DNA from: a virus
Length of the DNA: 64,000 nucleotides
Reading direction: 5' to 3' (one strand)
Virus record (IMG/VR): IMGVR_UViG_3300025109_000004
Location: 5,056-69,055 of that record
Part shown: positions 9,005 through 18,718 of the stretch, piece after piece
Layout of the letters: each line of letters opens with the position of its first letter
Position numbering within the stretch: the stretch's first letter is position 1
The notes under the pieces: generated by a model
Database searches by the model: none
Told to the model about the DNA's origin: nothing
What the model saw: the letters and a program-made list of their open reading frames with translations, nothing else
Position numbers and translations under genes: made by a program

Positions 9005-9775
9005 TTAATTTTCTGGTTCCCAAATATAAATTATCTTTGCATCTTTGCCCGTATGTAATCTCCATTTTCTTCCATCAAATGAAGGCACAAGTCCAGATTC
9101 CCAAAGATCAATACAAGGTTGAAAGGGATTTTCTCCTTCTCCATGCTTAATATATTTCCAATTCTTTAATACGAAAAATGATGATACATAACCCCTGACA
9201 GAATCACCAACAGACTCCCCAACAGACTCCCCAACAGACTCCCCAACAGACTCCTTAACGGAAGCCTCAACAGATTCTCTAACAGAATTACCAACAGACT
9301 CTCTAATTGCTATCCAAATAGAATCCCCGACATGATATCTAACAATAGTATTAATAGAATTCTTGACGGAAGCCTTGGCAAAATTCCTAATAGAAGCCCA
9401 TTGTAGTAATAGTTCCTTTTCATTGTTTGAGACTGTTTTTAATTTTCTTTTAATTTTTAACGGATCAATAATCTTCTTGATTTTTAATTCTGGTATCATA
9501 AGAGAAAAATTTAATTTTCTGCATTGTCTTTCAACAGCTTCAGAATCATCTTTTACATTTAATTGATTGATCTTAAATTCTTTGCTTAGTGGATTATACT
9601 TATATTTATTTGTTCGGTCCTCATTAAGATTGAAATAATCTGCAATACTGGAATGGCTGTCTGTTCCCAAAGTTCCTAGAGCAGAATTTTTAGAGATTAT
9701 TTCTTTTCTTATCTTGGCATCAAAATACCATATTCTTTTTTGTCCATTGCTTATACAACTAAAAAATTGGTACAT
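9005..9775 (-). CDS. Hypothetical protein with SVGE/SVRE tetrapeptide repeats
   Basis: Likely start ATG 9775 (GGAGGGG RBS) rather than 9853; contains a 12-nt tandem repeat. Confidence 0.7.
   Translation of the reverse strand: MYQFFSCISNGQKRIWYFDAKIRKEIISKNSALGTLGTDSHSSIADYFNLNEDRTNKYKYNPLSKEFKINQLNVKDDSEAVERQCRKLNFSLMIPELKIKKIIDPLKIKRKLKTVSNNEKELLLQWASIRNFAKASVKNSINTIVRYHVGDSIWIAIRESVGNSVRESVEASVKESVGESVGESVGESVGDSVRGYVSSFFVLKNWKYIKHGEGENPFQPCIDLWESGLVPSFDGRKWRLHTGKDAKIIYIWEPEN
9207..9254. repeat. 4 x CCAACAGACTCC in-frame tandem repeat
   Basis: Four exact 12-nt copies read directly. Confidence 0.95.
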
Positions 9776-9797
9776 AGTTTTTGGTTCTGCCCCCTCC

Positions 9798-10196
9798 TTA
9801 ATTCTTTTCCATTTGCACCAGATACTGAACTGTGTATTGATAAGTATTCTCAAGTGGTGGTCGAGTAAGCTGATAAAAAATTAATTCCATTTTGAAGAAT
9901 GTATATCCACTTACAGTCAAAGTTGTATTGTTATAAACATTTTTTAAATTTGTAAAAATAGTTTGTATATCCGTATCTGCATTCTTTATGGAAAAGATAT
10001 TAAACTGAATTATAATATCGTCAACCTGCTCGTCATTAAACCAGTACTCAGGAACCCCGCTCGGCAGGGAGAAGACTATATAATCATCTTGCAGACCTTT
10101 CTCTGCTTCAGTATTATACATCCTCCCGTCGACACTATTAAACAAAGTGGAATCGGCTGTGAATTTAGAATATACTGCTGTAAATAATTCCTGCAT
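9798..10196 (-). CDS. Tail terminator / completion protein (DUF3168-like)
   Basis: VDGRMY..EA...YIVFS...IIQFNIFS; synteny after gp10-like gene. Confidence 0.75.
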   Translation of the reverse strand: MQELFTAVYSKFTADSTLFNSVDGRMYNTEAEKGLQDDYIVFSLPSGVPEYWFNDEQVDDIIIQFNIFSIKNADTDIQTIFTNLKNVYNNTTLTVSGYTFFKMELIFYQLTRPPLENTYQYTVQYLVQMEKN

Positions 10197-10197
10197 A

Positions 10198-10719
10198 TTA
10201 TATCTTCACCAATCCTTTCTTTCCAAACTTTGCCAGTTTTCTCTCTATAGCTTTTTTGTGCAGTTCGAATCCCGGTCTCATGAATGGCCTTGGTTTAATA
10301 TATCTCGTACCAAACTCAAGATATGGGGCATACTGAACATTTGTCCCAACCACTACCTTGAACTTCTTTCCATTTTTTATTTTCCCGCCATCAGGTTTCC
10401 CCACTCCATCACTTATATCACCTTTTCCTTCTGTAGTCCCTCTTGCTTTACTGCTACCAGTCCAATTCACAGAGATACTGTTCATCAACCGACTTTCTAT
10501 CGGTTTGGGTGGCTGACCTACGGCACTTGCATAGGTAATTGGTCCCTTCTCATTTTTCTTTTTTGATCTTGGTTTATCCCGATCCGTTCTTGATCGTGAC
10601 ATACTTTTCTTTATATCACCAGACATCTGCATCCCGATAGCTACAAGACCCTCTTGTAACGAGTTAGTAAGTGGATCAAGTTTCTGTGGCTTCCATACAA
10701 CTCGTTTTTTAACTGTCAT
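10198..10719 (-). CDS. HK97 gp10-like neck protein
   Basis: VGTNVQYAPYLEFGTRYIKPRPFMRPG signature. Confidence 0.88.
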   Translation of the reverse strand: MTVKKRVVWKPQKLDPLTNSLQEGLVAIGMQMSGDIKKSMSRSRTDRDKPRSKKKNEKGPITYASAVGQPPKPIESRLMNSISVNWTGSSKARGTTEGKGDISDGVGKPDGGKIKNGKKFKVVVGTNVQYAPYLEFGTRYIKPRPFMRPGFELHKKAIERKLAKFGKKGLVKI

Positions 10720-11037
10720 CTATCTGATCTCCTTACAAAAACACTGAAGCTTCCTGTTCCACTCTTTAGGGTTGATAATATATTTTATCTGAAAAATTCG
10801 ACCACCATATTTCAACTGCCACCACTCCTTTACATCGGTTCTATATCTGATAGTTATCTTATGAGAAATCTCGGCCTGTAGTTGATCGGCAACCACTCTC
10901 TCTTTTCCATTAGGGACTTTTATCTCACCCCATACAGTAGCAACCGTACTAAATGTCTCTGATATAGAACCTGTCTCCGTTCTCGCCTTTGTGGGAGCCT
11001 GTATCTGTATTCTTTTTCTAAGGTTTCCTATACTCAT
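10720..11037 (-). CDS. Head-tail adaptor / head closure (SPP1 gp16-like)
   Basis: IGNLRKRIQIQ...ATVWGEI...HKITIRYR.DV. Confidence 0.9.
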   Translation of the reverse strand: MSIGNLRKRIQIQAPTKARTETGSISETFSTVATVWGEIKVPNGKERVVADQLQAEISHKITIRYRTDVKEWWQLKYGGRIFQIKYIINPKEWNRKLQCFCKEIR

Positions 11038-11040
11038 CTT

Positions 11041-12063
11041 CTATAACCAAATAATCGTATATTTCTGAAGAGGTCTCATGATATCCTTTTCGGCATCTTC
11101 AGCATTGGATGCTTTCAATGCCCCTTCATCCGTGTTCCAGTCACCCCTATTCTCGTACCAGTAAGAAACCAGTCTCTTGATCACGGTTCGTATTGGCTCA
11201 GGTACGTTTGTTCCAGCATCCCCATATCCAGCAACAAACTCTACATTAATTGCATTTACAGGGTAAAGAGAATCAGTAGGCCATGCACTATCCGGTGGCA
11301 GCACAATTCTTCCTAATGTTCTACTCGTATCTACAAGATAATCTGTTGTCACTGTCATAGTAGTGTCATCGTTATTAGTATCAGTATAAATAATAGAAGT
11401 AACGGACTGAAGCTTTCCAAACGGTAGTTCAAAAAAATCAGTGCCGGGGAAATCTTCAAGATATACATTCCATGTCTGTGTAATCAAAGCCCTTCGTGTT
11501 TTTTTCTCCACCTGCTCCCGTGCGGCAGTTATTAAAGCTGTGACAAGGTCATCATCTGCACTCTCAGCAGCATCCCTTGTAACGCTTACTGAGAATATAC
11601 CAGAGTCATTCGCCACTACATAAACGGCTCTGACATATTGCTTTACACCATCGTATTCTTTTGTATAGATATCATTATCATTAGCAGCGGTTACCTGTGT
11701 AAAAGCTCCACCAGTAAAATCATTCCATGTAGCATTGTCATCGGACTCCTCTATATGAACATCAACTGTGGTGGTAGCCTCAACTGTTCCAACGTTGAAT
11801 GTAAAGAGAGTTCCATAGCCTTGTCTGTCAACAGCGGTCCCGTTAGCTGTTCCTATGCCATAAGATGCTGGTGCTATAGACTGATCCACAAGAAGATCAG
11901 CTTCAACATCAACACTATCCAATCTCAGATACTGTTTCATCTCAGACAGACTGACAGGCTCAACTGTTGGTGCAGTATTAAGAACCCTCATTAAGCTTGG
12001 TATAGTCAATGCAAGTTGATCATCACTATCCCCTCTATTTCTACTTCCGTATCTATATAACAT
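11041..12063 (-). CDS. Head-tail connector (gp6/gp15-like) with internal beta-sandwich insertion
   Basis: EPVSLSEMKQYLRLD ... DDDLVTALITAAREQVEKKTRRALITQTW ... FVAGYG...VPEPIR...YWYENRG. Confidence 0.85.
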   Translation of the reverse strand: MLYRYGSRNRGDSDDQLALTIPSLMRVLNTAPTVEPVSLSEMKQYLRLDSVDVEADLLVDQSIAPASYGIGTANGTAVDRQGYGTLFTFNVGTVEATTTVDVHIEESDDNATWNDFTGGAFTQVTAANDNDIYTKEYDGVKQYVRAVYVVANDSGIFSVSVTRDAAESADDDLVTALITAAREQVEKKTRRALITQTWNVYLEDFPGTDFFELPFGKLQSVTSIIYTDTNNDDTTMTVTTDYLVDTSRTLGRIVLPPDSAWPTDSLYPVNAINVEFVAGYGDAGTNVPEPIRTVIKRLVSYWYENRGDWNTDEGALKASNAEDAEKDIMRPLQKYTIIWL

Positions 12064-12203
12064 TACTGTGTCCTAAATTAATTATATATTGTCAATTTAT
12101 GCTCGCTCCCGGTCCTAAAGTTTCCCATCCTGAAAAGTATTTAGTTCCTAAAAGCCCCCCACCAGCTCCTGAGAAAAGCGATAGTTCCTTCATTGCCACC
12201 TTT

Positions 12204-12243
12204 CAAAAAATCAGGGGGAATCAGGAAAGGACTTCCCCCGATT
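12204..12243 (-). terminator. Intrinsic terminator after 263-aa gene
   Basis: Minus strand ATCGGGGGAA-loop-TTCCCCCTGAT followed by a T-run. Confidence 0.65.
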
Positions 12244-12245
12244 AG

Positions 12246-13037
12246 TTATCGACGTTGCCAGACTTTTAGATAAGTAAGGGTTATCTTCGATGCTACAGTT
12301 CCGTTTGTCTTAACTCCTATGTAAGGAATCAATTTATCAGCCCCTGTCATCGAAGCTGCTGCGTTTGTTGCCAATAAGGAATTTGCCGCATAGAACTTTA
12401 CTTTACCATCATCATGCATCTCAATCCGATAAGTCCGTAAAGTATCCGCAGCCCATGCAGCCCCAGTTGTTTCCGTTCCATCAGTTCCATCTTTAACCGT
12501 AATACTATTAATAGTATCGGTTGTCATTTCGGAGTCTGTGAAAAAGAAAGCCCCATCGGTCGCATTCGTTGTAGTAGTTGTTCCGTTTTTGGTAACAGCA
12601 ATATTACCCGCAGATTCTGCCTGCGCATCACTAAATCCTATACACCAAGCAGTTCCAGAAGCATCACTACCGGCGACCTCAAATTCCATCGTCGCCCATA
12701 GACTAGGTTGCCACTTTGCACTTAACGCAGCCTGAACATCATTATTATCAGATGCTCCGGTTGTAAGAACCAATCCATCAGCATTATACTTAGCCAGACC
12801 ACTGTTGGTTGCCTGTAATGCATAAGTATCGGTAACCCCTCGAACTGTAGTCCCTGGTTGATATAAATCAAAGAACTGGTCCGGAGCCATCACAGCAACA
12901 GTTTCACCAGTACTCTTTTCGTAAAATTCCTGCGTGCCATTTGTCCATCGAGCACTAATACCATAGGCAAATATGGAAACTGTGTATGAAAGTATTAATA
13001 CCACGAGAAATATGGCTATTTTATTTAATCTTGTCAT
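12246..13037 (-). CDS. Head-module protein with putative signal peptide and beta-rich (lectin-like) domain
   Basis: Likely start 13037 (TAAGGAGG RBS): MTRLNKIAIFLVVLILSYTVSIFA; Thr/Gly-rich; RTYRIE..DGKVKFY. Confidence 0.55.
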   Translation of the reverse strand: MTRLNKIAIFLVVLILSYTVSIFAYGISARWTNGTQEFYEKSTGETVAVMAPDQFFDLYQPGTTVRGVTDTYALQATNSGLAKYNADGLVLTTGASDNNDVQAALSAKWQPSLWATMEFEVAGSDASGTAWCIGFSDAQAESAGNIAVTKNGTTTTTNATDGAFFFTDSEMTTDTINSITVKDGTDGTETTGAAWAADTLRTYRIEMHDDGKVKFYAANSLLATNAAASMTGADKLIPYIGVKTNGTVASKITLTYLKVWQRR

Positions 13038-13149
13038 CTTATTTTTTACCTCCTTACCAAAAATATTATTAATTAAGTGATGCCCTCTGCACTCCCACGA
13101 GGAGGGCATGTCACGGACGAAGGAGATACAAAGAACACCACTTAAACTC

Positions 13150-13587
13150 TTACTTGTTCTTTGATCCCGCTACCATCTTATCTTTTTTTGGAAACTCCAA
13201 GCCCCTTCGTTTGATGCCGGATACAGATGGTTTTGTTTTTGCTGATTTTTTCTTTGTCATCTTTTTTGCCCCCTTCTTTTTTGTTGATTTTTTCTTGGTG
13301 ACTTTTTTCTGTTTCTTTTCACTCACCTCATGGGCAACACCCCGCTCGATCATCTTTCGTGCTTGCCATTCCACTATACACAACTCTGTGCCCTTTGGAT
13401 CTCCCAACCACTCTTCATCAAAAACAATTTTCAGTCCCCCTTTTTTTATTTCCTCGCTATATGATTTCTCCTCAGGATCCACATGAGCAGTGCCACGATC
13501 AATCATCAATAAAGCCTGCTTGGTATTAAGATCAAGATGTTTCCCTTTTGGATTACCCATCCACTCCATATCGAGTATTATCTTCAT
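13150..13587 (-). CDS. Hypothetical protein: two short internal repeats plus Lys-rich tail
   Basis: KII.D.EW.G.PKG....L...QA..MI.RG.AH occurs twice. Confidence 0.7.
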   Translation of the reverse strand: MKIILDMEWMGNPKGKHLDLNTKQALLMIDRGTAHVDPEEKSYSEEIKKGGLKIVFDEEWLGDPKGTELCIVEWQARKMIERGVAHEVSEKKQKKVTKKKSTKKKGAKKMTKKKSAKTKPSVSGIKRRGLEFPKKDKMVAGSKNK

Positions 13588-13624
13588 AATGAATTGCCCT
13601 CCTTTTAAATCCTTTTGTTAAAAA

Positions 13625-14113
13625 TTAATCGGTCACTGCTTCAACAGCAATACCGCTGTTGTACCGGAATCCGCCAAGTACATACAGACCGCTAACGATG
13701 AAAGCATTCGATCCAGCACTTGCGGCAACATCAACCCGAATACAATCAAAACCATTAGCAATATCCAACTGGCTTGCATTGATCTCGATCACATAGATAC
13801 TTGCAGAAGTACCCATCGTAAAAGTGTCCGAAGTAACATCCGTCTTGGCCAGCGTAGAACTTGTGGTTAAAGTTCCTTCCTTCTGGTATACAGTATCAAA
13901 AGCAAGTGCCTTTGAACTACCTCCAGCTACCGTAGTTGCCTGCAACAGAGTGACAGCAGAGCCTGCCCCACCAGCAAGAACGCCAGCCATAAGGACAATT
14001 GTTATCCGATCCGCATTCTTCAGAGAAACCCAATCCTCAGTCGGAACACTATCAACATCGACAGGACCGAATGCAGTAACGATTTTGGTAATATCTATCA
14101 ACTGTTTACTCAT
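13625..14113 (-). CDS. Capsid decoration / cement protein
   Basis: Immediately after MCP; DWVSLKN...VTLLQAT..AG..SKAL...LDIANGFDCIRV. Confidence 0.65.
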   Translation of the reverse strand: MSKQLIDITKIVTAFGPVDVDSVPTEDWVSLKNADRITIVLMAGVLAGGAGSAVTLLQATTVAGGSSKALAFDTVYQKEGTLTTSSTLAKTDVTSDTFTMGTSASIYVIEINASQLDIANGFDCIRVDVAASAGSNAFIVSGLYVLGGFRYNSGIAVEAVTD

Positions 14114-14241
14114 TTTATACTTACCTCCTATTCAAAAAAATTATTTAAATTTATGTGTAAAGCCCTTCAGGGGGAGACGGTAGCAGAAAGGAGCTAAACC
14201 AAACCTCTACCACCTATATCACCCCCAGTCAAGAGCACTTA

Positions 14242-15537
14242 TTACCTTGCTGCCAATCCGACAAACGGTGACAGGGTATCTGTAGCATACCGAGTGGTGA
14301 GTGCTGATTTCCACCAAGGCTGACCATCGATCCGGAAAACAAAACGGAAAGCGGTCTGATCGTAATCAAATTTCAAGTGCATACTAGATGCGAACTGCAT
14401 ACCCGCTCCATTGCCACTTTTCTGACCCACAAGGTATTGTGAAAAATCAGTAAAGTAAATATCACCAAGATCGCCAAGTGTGCGGCAATGCTCAGTATAG
14501 ACGATGGGTTTGCCCATAAGGGTATCAAACGGTTTCCCACTTAAACCACCTGCAGGCATATAGGCGATAGACCCACCAGTACCAACAGCAAGACTCATTG
14601 TGGCAAGCTGTTTAAAAGTATCATCATTTGCATACCATACTCCCTTCCTCTTATTAGAAAGGCGAGCAAACATCTTGACGATATTCTCAAACAGAATCGT
14701 ATCTGCGCCCTGTCCACCTTCTGCTGCAACCGAAATCAAACACGGAGCATTGATGATACCAAGAGGCTGTCCAGCACCAGTTCCATTCAGAAGAACCCAG
14801 TCGAGTTCATAGGTCAGAGCGTCCGAAAACATACTTGTGATCAGAGGTTGAATGGAAATCGGAGAATCTTCCATCAGCTCATCAGATACATAGGTAAGCC
14901 CCGCTACCTTTTTCAGATTCAATTCCACGTTGCCCAACTTAGGTTTCGTCCCGGTTTTCTGTGCTTCCTCGTTCAGCCATTTAAACTGAACACCTCCATG
15001 AACCGTTCCACCACTTCTATCAAAACCAGAAACAGTAGGTATCTTAACGGAATTGGTTGCCATAGGAATAATCATGGCAGACTGCAGGATGTTGGAATTC
15101 TCCACCGCTACCTTCAACAGTTCATTCCTGAACTCTTCCGGCACGAGGAATCCACCACTTGCTCCATCACCTTCAGTCATGCTGGGAGTACCGGCAGCTT
15201 TCAGCATTGCATCATAAGCCACAAGTTTCTCATCCCAATCAGTTCCACTCCGTCCAGCCTTGAAAGTACTGTGGGCAAAATCGGCAAAATTAACAAAACC
15301 ACCCTTGGGATCCTTGCCCTCATCTTTGAGATGGGTTTCATCCCCCGCAATAGCCTTCACCTTCTCATCCCATGTCTTGTCAAGCTCTTCACTGTACGCA
15401 GCGTATTTCTCTTCAACAAGTGACTCAAGTGCAACCTTATCATCTTCCCTTGCCGCGGTGATAGCCTCAGTAATCTGATCTTTGATCAGGTCACCACACA
15501 TCTCTTTAAATTTCTCTTTCGTTATTTTTGTACTCAT
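14242..15537 (-). CDS. Major capsid protein, HK97 fold
   Basis: GGFLVPEEF, VSDELMEDS, NGTGAGQPLGI, FDYDQTAFRFVFRIDGQP. Confidence 0.96.
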   Translation of the reverse strand: MSTKITKEKFKEMCGDLIKDQITEAITAAREDDKVALESLVEEKYAAYSEELDKTWDEKVKAIAGDETHLKDEGKDPKGGFVNFADFAHSTFKAGRSGTDWDEKLVAYDAMLKAAGTPSMTEGDGASGGFLVPEEFRNELLKVAVENSNILQSAMIIPMATNSVKIPTVSGFDRSGGTVHGGVQFKWLNEEAQKTGTKPKLGNVELNLKKVAGLTYVSDELMEDSPISIQPLITSMFSDALTYELDWVLLNGTGAGQPLGIINAPCLISVAAEGGQGADTILFENIVKMFARLSNKRKGVWYANDDTFKQLATMSLAVGTGGSIAYMPAGGLSGKPFDTLMGKPIVYTEHCRTLGDLGDIYFTDFSQYLVGQKSGNGAGMQFASSMHLKFDYDQTAFRFVFRIDGQPWWKSALTTRYATDTLSPFVGLAAR

Positions 15538-15686
15538 CTTTCGCTATACCTCCTATCAAAATATTGTGTTTTTATTTTTACCCTCACCATTGATAGCAAT
15601 ACTGATGTCGTATTCTTGCCCTACCCTCGTTCGCATGAAGCTAATAAACGGTTCCGCAGATACACACAATATTTGCTTTTAAAAAA

Positions 15687-17624
15687 TTACAATACCTTTC
15701 CAGATATTATATCTTTTTTATTCCTAATAATATCAGACCCTCTAGCAATCTTGACATCCTTCATTATATCTGCCAAAAAAGTCTTGTCTGATAAAATTTC
15801 CTGCACATCTTCTAGCGATACATCATCGTCAGAAGAAAAATCCAAATCGTAAGTTTGATCATCCACTCCCTTACCACCATCCGGCGACCTCGGCTCACTG
15901 GCATCCAATAAAATGGATAGAGCCTCTACAGCAGTTGTCAATGTTGATAAAGTGTTTGTTACTATCGTCCGATTCTTTCCAGATAAAACTCTGCCATCTT
16001 TCTCCTCTGCCTCCCATTCCTCAACCCGTTTATTAAGATTGTCCAAATCCTCTTTACTTATAGCCACAAGACTACCATCAGAAAGACCGGCAAGGATTGG
16101 ATTCCTCTTAATCAAATCCCTTTTTGTAGTACATGAAGAACAGGTCTCTTTGAATTCTTTGGTTTCAAATTCTTTTTCACAATCAGCACATCGGCAGAGA
16201 TAAGATTTATCAGGTTCGATTGGACCTTCTTCATAACAAGTATCACAAATAGTATTATCCTCCCCATCCTCATCTATCTCAAACCACTGCTTACATTTTT
16301 CACAACAAGCAATATCAATATCCTCATCATCAAAACATTTATTACAAACTGTCTGTTCACCCTCCTCCGATTCAAATTCTCCACCACATATATTGCACAT
16401 ACAAATAACTTTTCCCTCGTCCTCCTCTTCTTTATATTCGGTAACCATAAAATCAATGTCATCATGAGTAACAGTACTGCAAAGTTCAAATTCCAATAGC
16501 TTCATATCAGCATCATTGTATTCTTTAAACTCTGGAGGTTCTGCATCAAACTCTCCATAGTGTCCAACAAGGTGATCGTAAACACCTCTCTTCTCATTAT
16601 TGGGTATTGCCACCCCGCCACGAGCCCCAAGCAGTGCCCCCATTGCTGCGACCACTCCTCTCCATACAGCCTTCTTATCACTGGGTCTATGATGGGGGAG
16701 TTTAAAATCTCCTTTGGTCAGATCATCAGATTCTTTCTTTCCATCGAACCAAGTGGTTATTGATTTGAGCATATCAACATCAGATGCTCTCATCACAGCA
16801 GGACCATTCCACACTTCCTCCACTGGGGCAATTCCGTATGACTTAAAAGGTATCACTGTTTTCTCTCCATCTGGTTCTTTGTCTTTACAGTTACAATTCT
16901 CATCTTCACAATCACAAAGTTCCAGTTCCAGATCGTCATCCTGAGTATCCTCATCAACAACATCTTTTCTATCGGGATCAACATCTTTCCCAAAACCATC
17001 ACAAGCACACTCCTCCGAATCACAACCACCACAACGTTTCCCAATATCAGTTTCGAATGCATGATTTATCACAAGGTCCACTTTCTTCTCCTGAAGGATA
17101 TCTACCACAGTATCAACAATACATTTCTCTTTAATATTTCCTTCCCCTATCTCAGCGATCAAGGCATCAGGACACGCCGGGATACTCACACAACTTATCT
17201 CCAGTAATTCTGCTTTTTTAAATAGACGATATTTTATAGGATTCCCCTTCTCATCCTTTTTCTCCCGATCGTCAAAGGCTTTCGGAATAAACCCTACGGA
17301 GAATGCTCGCATAATTCCCTGCTTGTACAACTGGAAAACTTCTTCCCCTCTAGCAGTCTCAGCAAAGATAGCCTTGAACCACAACCCTTCTGGTCTTGCC
17401 TTAATAGACACCACCCTACCAACCGGCAGTGATCTATAATCATGGGACAACATCAGGACAGGATTTTTCTTTTTAAAATCTTTTAAATTTGTCCAAGCAT
17501 TCGTAGCAATAATTTCACCGTCTCGATCCAAAGTAGGCTTGCTCCCCCACGCCTCAATGCTCCTCTCCTCATCATTGACCGCCTTCACTTCAGATATGCA
17601 AAATAACTTATTTTTTATTTTCAT
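15687..17624 (-). CDS. HK97-family prohead protease with long C-terminal extension
   Basis: DRDGEII, NPVLMLSHD, PVG, AFSVGF, ELLEISCVSIPA.P.A. Confidence 0.9.
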   Translation of the reverse strand: MKIKNKLFCISEVKAVNDEERSIEAWGSKPTLDRDGEIIATNAWTNLKDFKKKNPVLMLSHDYRSLPVGRVVSIKARPEGLWFKAIFAETARGEEVFQLYKQGIMRAFSVGFIPKAFDDREKKDEKGNPIKYRLFKKAELLEISCVSIPACPDALIAEIGEGNIKEKCIVDTVVDILQEKKVDLVINHAFETDIGKRCGGCDSEECACDGFGKDVDPDRKDVVDEDTQDDDLELELCDCEDENCNCKDKEPDGEKTVIPFKSYGIAPVEEVWNGPAVMRASDVDMLKSITTWFDGKKESDDLTKGDFKLPHHRPSDKKAVWRGVVAAMGALLGARGGVAIPNNEKRGVYDHLVGHYGEFDAEPPEFKEYNDADMKLLEFELCSTVTHDDIDFMVTEYKEEEDEGKVICMCNICGGEFESEEGEQTVCNKCFDDEDIDIACCEKCKQWFEIDEDGEDNTICDTCYEEGPIEPDKSYLCRCADCEKEFETKEFKETCSSCTTKRDLIKRNPILAGLSDGSLVAISKEDLDNLNKRVEEWEAEEKDGRVLSGKNRTIVTNTLSTLTTAVEALSILLDASEPRSPDGGKGVDDQTYDLDFSSDDDVSLEDVQEILSDKTFLADIMKDVKIARGSDIIRNKKDIISGKVL

Positions 17625-17774
17625 GTCATTGTATCTCCTCTGCTATATTATCATTTACTAAATGTATATCCACACTGTAAACATTTCCTGTTATGTTCTG
17701 AGTGAAACTTCAGTTTATATATAAACCCACATAAACCTATGGGGCATTGTTCATTCGCTACGAATATCACGCTG

Positions 17775-18062
17775 CTATCCTCTACTTATATATCCATGTT
17801 TCTCGTTAAATTTTCTATTTACTTCGTCAAAACATTTATTATGGTATATCCCTGCTCTTGGAGATCCAGTCATTGCCGTAAAATCATCCTCTTCAACTTC
17901 CTTACCACAACTGTTGCATTCAATAAAATAATCAGGACAATAGACAAGCCTATTATTCAAACTAAGCCTTGCTTTGTTCCCAGCAGCACAAAGCACCTGC
18001 CCCTTACCCCTTTTATATACAATTCGATAGTTATAACAGAAGAAACAATTTATATCTCTCAC
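17775..18062 (-). CDS. Hypothetical Cys-rich protein
   Basis: Several CxxC pairs. Confidence 0.55.
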   Translation of the reverse strand: MRDINCFFCYNYRIVYKRGKGQVLCAAGNKARLSLNNRLVYCPDYFIECNSCGKEVEEDDFTAMTGSPRAGIYHNKCFDEVNRKFNEKHGYISRG

Positions 18063-18400
18063 GCTGCTGCTTTCTCCCTTGTATCGACTATCCTGTATTC
18101 AAGTCTGATATTAAAATAAGTGCTTCTATTCTTTCGGAGGTATAACAACCCCTTTGTAGCATCTTCAATTCTTCTATACTTTTGATAACTCCTTTTCCAC
18201 TTATCACTTCTATCAAACAGCGTTATGAACCAATCGTCAGGATCAATCTCATCGAAGTTTGTTATCCTCTCCTCTATAACAAATGGTTTGTTCTTGCATT
18301 TCTTTTTCGGTGGTTTACTATGCTCATTCTTCCAACTATTTCTCGGAAGATATGGTTTGCCATCTCGTCGGTCTTTATCTCCTCGTTTCCGCTGGCTCAT
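18059..18400 (-). CDS. Hypothetical basic protein
   Basis: Stop overlaps the start of the next gene. Confidence 0.55.
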   Translation of the reverse strand: MSQRKRGDKDRRDGKPYLPRNSWKNEHSKPPKKKCKNKPFVIEERITNFDEIDPDDWFITLFDRSDKWKRSYQKYRRIEDATKGLLYLRKNRSTYFNIRLEYRIVDTREKAAA

Positions 18401-18526
18401 TTATTTTTTTAACCTTAGAATGTTTGCATTCGGGACACGTTACTATTTCTACTTTTTTTAAAGCTTCAACAAAATATTCCCCAAGCCTTTTAGACATTTC
18501 ATATATATTATTGTTCTCTTGACTAT

Positions 18527-18706
18527 TCATTCCGGTTTCTCACATGGGGTATAATTTTCACATTCACCATTATCTATTTTTATATTTTTTAAATTACACT
18601 GGCACACCGGACCCTTAACCTGAAAAATACAATCAGTTGTAAAACAATCCACCTTAACTATTGACTCGATATCTAGCGTAACTTTTATCTCACCACCACC
18701 AGCCAT
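18527..18706 (-). CDS. Small Cys-rich protein (59 aa, below ORF-track cutoff)
   Basis: MAGGGEIKVTLDIES...C..TDC...C.C..; AGGAGGGCAA RBS. Confidence 0.55.
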   Translation of the reverse strand: MAGGGEIKVTLDIESIVKVDCFTTDCIFQVKGPVCQCNLKNIKIDNGECENYTPCEKPE

Positions 18707-18718
18707 AGGTTTGCCCTC

